A stretch of 64,000 nt of DNA from Harriotta raleighana (taxonomy: Eukaryota). Below are positions 53,643 through 64,000 of this stretch, in pieces (positions within the stretch are counted from its first letter, which is position 1; every line of letters starts with the position of its first letter). A program made the position numbers and the translations under genes. The stretch spans positions 5,761,678-5,825,677 of the forward strand of contig JBNZDD010013726.1 in NCBI GenBank assembly GCA_050575255.1, given 5' to 3'. The notes beneath the pieces were generated by a model, which did not search any database, was not told the DNA's origin, and saw nothing but the letters and a program-made list of their open reading frames with translations.

Positions 53643-53915
53643 GGAGTGGAGGTCTGTAACTCAGTGGTTAGAGCACTCACCTTCCAAGTGAGAACCTGGG
53701 TTAGATTCCCATCAGAGAAAAAACTTTGGGCAAGTTTCCTTACTCCACACACCTGATAATAATCTCTTGCTTCAATCCATGACTTTGTGAGATCAAATTA
53801 GCTGCCACATTTTGCCCACAAATATACAGACAATTCACTTTACAGTATATTCTGTGAAGCGCTTTGAAACATCTAGAAGATGTAAAAATCGCTATATCAA
53901 ATGCAATGATTATAT
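53643..53915 (+). mobile_element. SINE family A, near full length
   Basis: ctcagtggttagagc head, ttgggcaagtttccttactccac body, aaatgcaatgattatatt tail. Confidence 0.8.
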
Positions 53916-54899
53916 TAGTTAAGATTCATGCTAAGTGTAACCTATTTCTGTAAGAATGCTTTTTAATTGACAATAGAACTTAATATGAACTGTGCATAAG
54001 CAATCAAATCCATCGTTATGACTATCTTCTGAATTGGTCTTAATATAGGAGATAGCATATCGAGCTCGAATGACCAAGATGAGATTCATAGGGAATAACT
54101 AATAAAATCAATGTTAATAATAATCCTTGCATTCGATCTATGATAATACTATCTAGAGTCTTATCACTTAATTGAAGTGTCTCAAAGCACTTGACAAAAT
54201 AAATTGTAAAATGGAGTGACTGTTTACTTTGTGCGTCAAATGTAGCATCCAATTGTCCAAGGCAAGTTTTGTTAGCAAAACGAAACTAAGCCCGGAAATG
54301 AAACAAAACTCCAGCAGAGACTTTGCCGAGGCAGCTGGATTCACACACAACTTCCATCTCTGTGGATAGTTGTAGTGCTGTCAAAATCTCTTACTGCTTT
54401 ATGCAACTAACCCCTAGAGTCCAATATTCTCAAGTTTAATTACAATTAATATAGTTCTACCGATTTCTGCCCCAGTGAAGCAAATTAAATATCGTGAGCA
54501 TTTCACCATATTACATGAAATTAAATTAGACGGCAAACACAACCAGTTACTGCAATTAGCAATCTGTATTCCCTGAACTCGGAGTGTTGTATAAATGGAG
54601 AAATCACATAACAAAAATTATTGCACGTTACATTCCCTTAAATCGCAGATGTGAGTACTGTACTGTATTATTCAACCCACATCAGCCACACACTTGTCAT
54701 AATTACCTGCTCAGAATTTCTTTACACATTTCATGTTCTGTTACCGACAGGAAGCTTGAATACCTAAAGACAAAAGTGACTCACTCAAGAGCACTCAGCT
54801 CTTCCAAGGGAGTACGTAGTACAGAGCATTACAATGCAAGCATCTTTTATCCTTAAAGGTTACAAGTTGTGGATTCGCATCAGCTTGACTCAATGCGAC

Positions 54900-55430
54900 A
54901 GTCTGGCTCAGCCAGTAGCATATGTGCCTCTGAGTCAGAAAGTTGTGGTTCAAGCCGTACCTTGGGACTTTGAGCTCATCGTCTAGACTGATAATTCATA
55001 GTGTGGGGGATTGTTGTATTTATCAGCGGTGCCATCATTCTATGAGATATTAAACTGATATCCTATCTGCCTGGTCAGGTGGTTGATACAGAACCCTTGA
55101 CACTATTCAAAAAAGAGAAAGGAGTTTCTCCTGGCGTCCCGTCAAACAACTCCCCACATAAAACTGAGCATTTTACTTCATGATTGGTTTGGGACATTGC
55201 TGTGTGAAAATTGTCTGTGTTNACACTATTCAAAAAAGAGAAAGGAGTTTCTCCTGGTGTCCCGTCAAACAACTCCCCACATAAAACTGAGCATTTACTT
55301 CATGATTGGTTTGGGACATTGCTGTGTGAAAATTGTCTGTGTTCACCTACAAAATATACGATCACTGAGTAACAGTAAAATCCTATGACAGCACAACAAG
55401 ACAAGGTGCTGTATCAAATGCAAGGACTAT
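54900..55430 (+). mobile_element. DeuSINE/SacSINE1-like element (includes artefactual duplication at N55222)
   Basis: tRNA-like head ggctcagccagtagc...ggttcaagcc, Deu-like core, L2-like tail. Confidence 0.7.
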
Positions 55431-55678
55431 CAAATGCAACTTGCCAGCTACTGTATTACAGGCACTAATTTAAGTGAAAATATCTGAGGATATTTTAGTT
55501 ATGCTCTCCGAAGCCACAAACACATGCGTAGGTATCCTCTGGTACCTTGTCTAAGTAATCAAAGTAAGACTATATATCTGTGAGATGATTTCAAATCTGA
55601 TTTCTGCTTTTCTACAAGAGACCACTGCAATGTACAGCTGACTCACTTTTTACAGCCAAAAACACTAATGCTGGAAAT

Positions 55679-55860
55679 CTGAAACAAAAACAGAAATCGC
55701 TGGGAACACTCAGCGGGGCAGATAGCATCTATGGAGAAAAGAAAAGTGAGTCAACGATTCGGTTCACGACTCTTCCTCAAAACTGAGACTCACGTTTTCT
55801 TTCTCCATAGATGCTGCCTGACCTGCTGAGTGTTCCCAGCGATTTCTGCTTTGGATTCAG
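55679..55860. repeat. Inverted repeat with about 74-bp arms, V-SINE/MER6-like core
   Basis: cagaaatcgctgggaacactcagc...gcatctatggagaaa pairs with tttctccatagatgctgcctgacctgctgagtgttcccagcgatttctg. A single related arm lies at about 17225-17292. Confidence 0.85.
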
Positions 55861-57164
55861 TATGTAGAGTTGTTGGCATTTTCCTTTCATTTTGTCAGCT
55901 GTTCAGTACTGAGGCTTCTTTGCCATCCAACCATTTCTGAACTTGCAAAAACAGTTGTAATTGAGTAGCTGCCATTGGAGGTCATATCATACTGGAATCA
56001 TTTCAACCATATCTGAGGATCCTTTCATCTCTTCTACAAGCTTGACTTATCCTGTTCAACGTAATGACTTGCTTTGTTGAAAGAATAAGTTAATAACCTG
56101 GGTCTTTTCTAAAGAAGATTCATGACATTAACTTCTTTCGTTGCCTGTTACTAAAATCCTTCGTAAAATACCAGCTAGAGTCAGCTGGAATTAGATTTGT
56201 AACTGTCTAAGTATCCCAATTCAGAATACTGTAGTTAGTTTTGAATGCACCAGTTGTTTTATGAGAGCAATCCCACTCAAGCATAGAAGCAAAATGTCTT
56301 AGTATTGGTCCTCAAACGGTTACTTTACTTCATGTTGGAAATAGATGTAACCACATCACCCATTTTCAGGATTATGGAGACTATCTTGTATCCTGCTTAT
56401 CTTGAAATGATTCACTTCTATTTTGGATTTGGACTTCAAATGGAAATTTAAAGTTAATTGGGAGCCTATATCCAAATTTGGTAATGCTCAATTGATAACC
56501 AAAAAATTTTAAACCATTGTTGGTTTGAATTTGCTAACCCTTCCTATTGTGTATTTTCTGGGTAACTATTTACTTATTCTCTATTTACTGAAAGATATAA
56601 TCCTGAAACATATATTTTCCTATAATCCTCAAATCCAACTAGCCCTCATTCTTGGGGCTCATTTCTCATACTAAGTTGATTGCCTTTTTTTTTGAATCAG
56701 TAGCTACTTTGATAACTTCATGGCCAGGAAATGGCTGATAGCAATCAACTTTATAAATGAGTTGGTGAACTAAAGAATCTCATTACTGAATTTGTTTTTA
56801 ATCAGATTCTTAAAGATAAAGTAATCAGGCCAATTAGAAATTCTAACCTAAAGTGGTTTTAGATTTTAATTTGCATCAGGTCATTAACTTGCTATTTTTA
56901 AAAATCTTAGTATTCCTCAATTAGAAAGTTCCATTGTCTGTATGTTTATCATACTTTCCAGTGTGTTTTAATTGCACATTCGACGAAAAAAAATCTTAAC
57001 CACCCCTCCCCTATTTCCGGAACTATTTGTGCATTCTTGTAGAAAATTAATGGGGAGCTTGGGAATAATTCATGGGTGAAAAAGAAGGGAAGATGAATTA
57101 AAACAAGTCTGTAATTGACTACCGTTACAATTGAAGGTGGCAACCTGCCTCTGTCTGAAACAAA

Positions 57165-57480
57165 TAGTCCAGGCTGCAACTCCAATGCAATTCTGGGGGA
57201 GTGCTGCATTGTTGGAGGTGCTGGCCTTCATTTAAGATGTTGAAACCAAGATCCTTTTCATCTGTTCAGATGATCATTAAAGTTGCTGTGGCACTCCTTT
57301 AAAAGAGAAGTTTCTCAAGGTGCTATACATATATAACTTTGTTGTTGGTTTCCTGGGCAACGATCCCCCAAATAAGATTGATCAATCATTTCACAGTTGT
57401 TTGTTGTTTGCTGCCAGGTTTGCCTACAAAATATACAGTCACAACGCTTTATACCCTTTCCTGTAAAGCAGTTTGAAACA
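57165..57480 (+). mobile_element. DeuSINE-like fragment
   Basis: gggagtgctgcattgttggaggtgct...gatgttgaaaccaag resembles the recalled Deu core. Confidence 0.65.
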
Positions 57481-59367
57481 TCCTCCTAACGCAAAGTCAG
57501 GAAGTTTGTTTTTAACGTTAATAACAAATTATTGTCAAGAGAAAATTTCTATTTTATTTGAAAGAAAGGTCAAATAACACTCCAGTTAATGGTAAGAAAA
57601 GGGTTAACCTATAGCACTCCATGGAAATCCAGGTGCAAGTTGTGATCCAATTAAGTTTAATTTTATCTAATTACCATGTGGTATCAAGAATAAGAAGCCT
57701 CAGAGGGTTAGTTAGTTGCTTTTTGGACATTTGACAATTCTTTCACAGTAAAATATTCAGTGATACAGTATAAAGAAACTCTTTGAGTAGCTGTGCAATG
57801 TTAAAAACAAAGGAAAAATATAATCTCTGGTATGAGATTCCCAAAGTTCTTGACATCATATTATTTCCTTCACTTCACCTGAGACAGAAAAGGGTGAAGG
57901 ATGAGCATGTTGGCTGAGAAACAATTACTGCTAAAGAATGAGAAGAGACTTGTGTAGTCATTTTGGGGGCATATCTGACATAGGGGGTAGATACGTAGAA
58001 GTTTCTATGTATATGTGGAACTCTGCCTAATTTGGACACTCTTTAAGAGTAACAATTTGGGTTTGTGTATTCATCAGCCACTTGAACGAATCCAAAAACA
58101 CAAAATGATATCGACCTTCGAGAAGTTGAGTGAAGGAAGCAACAACAACAACAAAATTACACTTGTATAGCGCCTTTCGCATCAGGAAGACATCCCAAGG
58201 TGCTGACTTTGTGCGATACTGAGACGAGGACAGGATTTTAGTAGATGTCCAGGTATGTGATTGTTTGAATTGTATGCTAACCCTCTCTCCTCGCCTTTGT
58301 TGTGCCTGCTTTTCTTATGTCTTATGTCATTGAGTGAATTGCAGTATTTCCTGATTATGTACAGTATTTCACTTGTGAAATAAAGCCCCTGGAGCTCTTC
58401 AACTGTGGCACCCTAGTCGGCCTCTGTCCAGCTCTGGTCTTGATTCTTGCTGACAAATGTCATCAAAAATGGGTGAACAATTGAGTGGGTTTGGTGTGAT
58501 TACCATTCTGCTTAAAGTTAAGCAGATAAGTGGAACAAAGAAAGAATCTTGTGCAGATGTTGCTAGGGTTGGAGTTCTTTGGGCAAATGCTAATAAGGAA
58601 TAAAGAAATCAACCAATTGAATATGATGGGGAAAATTGATTTGCCAGACTTCTATAAGTCTCACTTGTTTTGTTAATGTTATATATTTCCCTCTTTATTT
58701 GTGTGTATGTTTGATCAACACTGGTCTTCCATTTCTGATTACCAAGGAAGCTTAAACCTACCTCTTAAACAGTGTCTATCATCATTCTCATCCTTTGTAA
58801 AACTATCTGAGATGTGTTTGATGTGAAGATCCCTGTGTGAACAGCAATTTGTAAAGGCTGATGATGTTTGATTTGTTTGAATTTTTTTGAAATTTCCCTT
58901 GTACTGCAGTTCTGCCAAGCTCACACTAGAGGGTGCAAATGATTGCATAACTGATTTGAGGGCATTTGAGAAATTCATTCTGAACAAAAGGAGAGGAAAA
59001 GGGCCACTTTATTTTTAGATTTATCTTTCTATGTTGCATCTTTAGAAGATATGAATAACGTTGTCAAAAGTACAAATTGATTATGACCAGTGTTAAAAGT
59101 GCATGCTGAGTTATAAATAGTTGGATAGGTTAGTTTCAGGTCAGAAAGTTATGGTTCATGCCCCATGNCATAACTGTTGGCATTTAATTTGGTTGACACT
59201 CAAATATATTAGTGCCACAAACCTCTGGAACTCCCTCCCTTTACCCTTCTGTCTCTTTTCTCTACATGTCTTTAAACCCCACTTAATAATCTACCTCTTT
59301 GATTGCCATAACCCGTCTCTACCAACTGCTTCCCCTCTCTCTGCATCCAACCCGCCAGTGTGGATTG

Positions 59368-59670
59368 TAATAATAATCCATGCATTTGATGTGCTGTATT
59401 ACGTCTTCTAGATGTCTCAAAGCACTTCACAGAATATACCGTAAAGTGGATTGACTGTATACTTGTGGGCGAAACATGGCAGCCAATTGCACACAGCAGG
59501 GTCCCACAAACAGTCATGGATTGAAATGACCAATTCATTATTTTTTGAGGGATTATTATCAGGTGTGTGGAGTAAGGAAATTTGCCAATGGGTTCGCCCT
59601 GACCTGCCAGGAATCGAACCCAGGTCTCGAATTTGTGAGGCAAGTACTCTAACCAGTGTGCTACAGGATT
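59368..59670 (-). mobile_element. SINE family A, near full length
   Basis: ggaatcgaacc (reverse B-box) with the same body as the other copies. Confidence 0.82.
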
Positions 59671-62048
59671 CTACAGTGTTATCCTGTTTGAAGAGCACCA
59701 TATAAGTGCATGTTGTGTTGCACTAAAATAAATTGTTGTGGATTTGAGGAAAGGGAAGTCCATTGAAAGTTCAACAACCCATTGACAAGATCATCAAAAG
59801 GTGCTATTTTGAAGGATGAAGAATCCTAGTTTATCATTCATTCATCAGTCATTCATTCATGATCATCATTCCTGGTCATTCATCTTAGTTCTTCTCTCTC
59901 ACATTGAGGATCAGCCTTGTTGCTGTCATCTGCAGTATCTCTTGTGTTTTGGAGACCAGGAATGTATACAATCCTCTTGCTGCAGCCTAACCAGAGTATT
60001 GTACAGTTTAAGTGTGACTTCTGGGGGGTCTAAACTCAACTACTGAGATAAATTAGTTGGCCTTGTTTATTGCTGCTTTACATTGTTTAGACTTGTTTTC
60101 AATTCTGTTTGGCAAGTTTTATCCATTTCATGCAGTACACATTTCTCTTATTTGCGGATAGAAAGAACTGGCATTTTTTTAACCTTCATCACCTCAACTT
60201 CTGGGAGATTGGGTTCAGTTGGCTTCTTTGCACACGACAATCATGCCCCTATCTAAGAATTGTTAAGATTCTACGGGTCCAAGCATCCTTTTCTTAGATG
60301 GTTATTAATCTATCTATCCTTCAATCAGTTCAGTTTGATGTTGAGGTCATTGTTTCATTTTGCAGAAGTAATGTACACAATCAAATGTATTTTGCATAGT
60401 GCAGCCATCAAAATTACCTAAATATAATACCCACAATCCCTATCTACATTCATTCTTTAGCAATTTACTGCAAACAGGGAAGAGGTACACAGTATTTTGA
60501 CAAAATATATTTGTTGCAAGTTAATAACATTGTTGCAAGTCTTCTAATAACATTTTTAATGGATTTTGCCCTTTTTGTGTTTTCAAAATCAGAGCTGTAC
60601 AGAATAGTTTCTTGAAGAAATCTATAGATTAGGAAAATGCAATGGATTTGCTTTTGGAGTATCAAGTCCTGGAATATACCATTAGTGAGGATATTGTTAC
60701 TTTGATGTTTTAAAAGCTGATGGTTATCTGTAAAGTATTGCTTTTGGTAGTGTTTTTGAGTTTTATTTTGCTACTTCTATTGCTACAGATAAATAAGGAC
60801 CACGAAAAAGAGCACAGCTCTTGTTTTACTTGTAACATCTCTGTGGATGAGATGGTGGGTATGATTTATTAGGAGCCTGGGTATATCTGACATCACCGTA
60901 ATACGATAATGAAGTACTGAGTTCAGGATAGCATTGCTTTGATCTTGACGGTTACATAATCCCAATGCAATCCTTTGAAACATCTTTAATATATGTAATC
61001 TATTCTGTCATTACGGGTGTACCTCTAAATGCTTCCTAATTATTCCTTAGATTTCGTAAAGCAATCAGTGAGTCTGTCTCCAACCTTGGGCTTGGTTATG
61101 TTTTCCTTTAGTTTGCAGATCGCTTGGCTTTGCCTTTTGAAGATAGCAGTTGAATTGCAGCAACATTCTTCAGGGGGAAAACAACTCTTTTTCATGATGG
61201 ATAATGCTTAATTTGGGGTGGCAGTCCTTGGAAGTTCAGAAATGTCTAAATATGAAATAAAATATCTAGCTTGAATTTGAAAACAGGGCAAAAGTTGCTG
61301 ATCTTGGGTAGAGATCAACATTTAGGAGTCCTGTGTTTTGTGAAGCTTTAATGGTATAACCGAAGGCTGTAACGAAGCTTTGTAGTTTTGAAGTTTTGAT
61401 AGCACAGCTTTGAATGTTTTGATTGTTGAGCTTGTGTCATTACTAGCCTCTTGTGCACTTTCTTGTCAACCAACAGAGAATGATGTGCGGTTTTGGTACT
61501 TCTAGAGGTAAATTGAAAAACCCTCTACCCTGTTCCTTACTCTAATGCTTCATAACTTCACCAATAAGAAAGGACATAACTGGGAAAATTGAGACTGGAT
61601 CTACTAAGCAAGTAATAAACTTGAACAAACTAGTGTTCAACAAGTGAAAAATTCAAAGAATTATACAATATTACACAGAAACCACATATGGACTATTCAG
61701 CCCTTCAACTGTTTTTCTCCATATACATCATTTAATCCAATTCTGCTTGCTTGTTTATTCCCATACTCTTTAATATTCCTCCACTTTAATCTCATTCCAT
61801 TTAAAAATAATTGACAGATATCACTTCAACAATGGCTTTCATATGTGCATGTGTTAGGTCTCACAACACCTTGGGATATCTATCTGATGTGAAAGGCGCT
61901 ACACAAATGTAATTTTGTTGAGTAGAATTTGAGATAATTCTTCAATTGAGTCACATTTAGAAGCAAGTTTACTCAGTTAAAATTTGCAAAATGTAAGAAA
62001 TCTCCAAAATTTCTATTTCTTTATATAAAGTTAGTCCGGCCACCTTAT

Positions 62049-62356
62049 GGAATCCTGTAGCTCAGTGGTTAGAGCCCTCTAACCTTGCAAGCGAGAAACC
62101 TGGGTTCGATTCCAGACAGGGCAAAACCTTAGGCAAGTTTCCTTACTCCACATATCTAACAATAATTCCTCAAAAGAAACAATAATAATTTGGTCACTAA
62201 ATACACAACCTGTTTGTGGGACACTGCTGTGTGCGATTGACTGGTGTGTTTTGCCCACAAATATGCAGTCAATTCACTTTACAGTATATTCTGTGAAGCG
62301 CTTTGAGGCGTCTAGAAGACATGAAAAGTGCCATATCAAATGCAAGGATTATTATA
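62049..62356 (+). mobile_element. SINE family A, near full length
   Basis: tagctcagtggttagagc A-box, ggttcgattcc B-box, aaatgcaaggattatta tail. Confidence 0.85.
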
Positions 62357-63026
62357 ATTGTTGTTTTCCAATCCATCCTAACCCATTTTATGACAGAATT
62401 TCAAAGCAATAATGAATGTTGTTTTTATAAAAACATACACATAATCACCCTTGCAGTGTACATTAGTAAGCATTCCAGAATGCGAATGAGTTTGTCAATT
62501 AAAATTAGTGGCATACTTGAAATCCCCAAATTTCAATAAAGAGATAATTATGTGGAATCTAGTAACTCACTAATGAACTTCCCACAAAACAGTCTGGTTG
62601 AACCACTAAGAATTTAAATGCCACAAATACTATAATTCAGCCCACAAAAAGCTGACCTTAGCAAATGCAGTTGTACAATTGTGTTCTCAATGCATAACTT
62701 GCCTTGTGCTTATTAATATGAGATGATTTTGCTTCCTAGATTGCCACTGCTGTAATTTTGTTGCATCAAGATGTTCTCTATGATAAAAACAGTATTGACC
62801 ACAGGGATAATAATTGTAGTTGAATGTCGCAGCAATTTCATTTGTAATAAAGTAGCATGATGTGATTTGAGCACAAAGATTTATAAATACAGCATTACAG
62901 ACGACAAGGAAACCACTGGCTCCTTGAGAAACAATGGCAGGCATCTCTTCTCTGCTGAAGTGCAAGTATGTCAGAGTTGACATTTGTATGTTTGAGGGAG
63001 AGATCAACAATGTGTAACCGCAGTAA

Positions 63027-63325
63027 CAATAATAATAATAATCCTTACATTTGATTTAATGCTTTTCACTTCTTCTAGACGTCTCAAAGCAATTAAAAAA
63101 TATACTGTAAAATGGATTGACTGTATATTTGTGGGTGAACCACAGCAGCCAATTAGGCACAACAAAGTCCCACAAACAGTCATTAATTGAAGTGACCAAT
63201 TTTTTTTTTCTTGAGGGATTATTATCAGGCATGTGCAGTAAGGAAACCTGCCCAGGTTTCGCCCTCGTGGGAATCAAACCCAAATCTCTTGCTTACAAGG
63301 CGAGTGCTCTAAACACTGATCTACA
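63027..63325 (-). mobile_element. SINE family A, near full length
   Basis: Reverse-complement similarity to 62049-62356. Confidence 0.82.
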
Positions 63326-64000
63326 GCAACACACAACATATTACTTTATGTAAAAATATCCATGAGGAAACTGAAATCTTGACAAAATTAAATATGTTTT
63401 CTATAATTACTTGCTTATGACAAACAAAAATGTTTGTTTCCACATGGCTCAGTAAAAAAGACCGCTTGTTATCTCTGAAGTTTGGTTTGTGTTTGTTGAT
63501 CTCGACCAGCATGGCCTGAGGTCTATGGGAAGAGGAAATAAGATGTAGCAAGTGTTCCCCGCCCCCCCCACCACCCATACACACATGCACATCAGAAAAC
63601 ATGAGGTTAAGGAAGCTGTGTGAAAACAAATTGAAGATTGGTACTAATTCTTCATCCCATCCCCTCTTCTCTCATATAGTTAATGAATATTTGATTGTCT
63701 TATGGCGTTGTCCTTTCACTCACCTCACTTATTCCTCAGTGCATATATGAAAAAGAATCCTATTGTGTTTGGGAAATGTAAGTTAATGAAAACGGACAAG
63801 TAGAAAAGGTGTTGAACCCTTGTGGAATACGTGAAAGAGTTAAAATATGCCATAATAATGAGACCAATCAAATGCCAAACTCCATTACCTCACACTTGGT
63901 AAGAACATTTAACCACAAGGACATAGTGTTTTTAAATCCACAAAGAATGTGTTGATTAATGCTTCAACTTGTAACATTTGATCCTGAGTAATCTTTTTGC

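Noticed and set aside
59161-59175. N at 59168 as another duplicated junction
   Set aside because: No duplicated flank is visible; it is just an ambiguous base or small gap.
62049-62115. tRNA gene (also near 2690-2757, 53650 and 59600)
   Set aside because: The A/B boxes run straight into a SINE body and tail, with no complete cloverleaf.
1-64000. CRISPR array, operon or other prokaryotic/phage system
   Set aside because: Spliced vertebrate gene with SINEs and LINEs; no regularly spaced repeats or dense ORFs.
45700-64000. A second protein-coding gene downstream
   Set aside because: The short ORFs are repeat-derived or random, and I recognised no exon chain. Small isolated exons cannot be excluded.

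Overview
Vertebrate nuclear DNA, not prokaryotic. It is AT-rich and intron-dominated, with DeuSINE-like SINEs, L2/CR1 LINE fragments and Tigger-like MITEs. The repeat types suggest a cartilaginous fish, but that is inference. The window holds the 3' part of protocadherin-15 (PCDH15, the hair-cell tip-link cadherin) on the + strand. I chained GT-AG exons by hand with consistent phase: end of EC10/EC11, MAD12, the transmembrane exon, a 9-nt and a 6-nt microexon, the common cytoplasmic exon, the CD1 terminal exon (ends STSL), a 22+39+74-nt cassette, the YEVPQYGSRRR exon, a greatly enlarged CD2-type terminal exon (720 codons, ends VTSL) and the CD3 terminal exon (ends MTKL). After about 45.6 kb I see only intergenic, repeat-rich sequence with several CTCF-like motifs. 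The main point of interest is the intact, expanded CD2 exon, an isoform reported missing in zebrafish. Others are a candidate stop-containing microexon, many TACAGTA/TACTGTA motifs resembling transposon excision footprints, and a hairpin repeat with a decayed hammerhead-like core. Six single Ns sit between near-identical duplicated flanks and look like assembly artefacts; one creates a false frameshift in CD1. Comparisons with human, mouse and repeat consensus sequences are from recall, not database searches.
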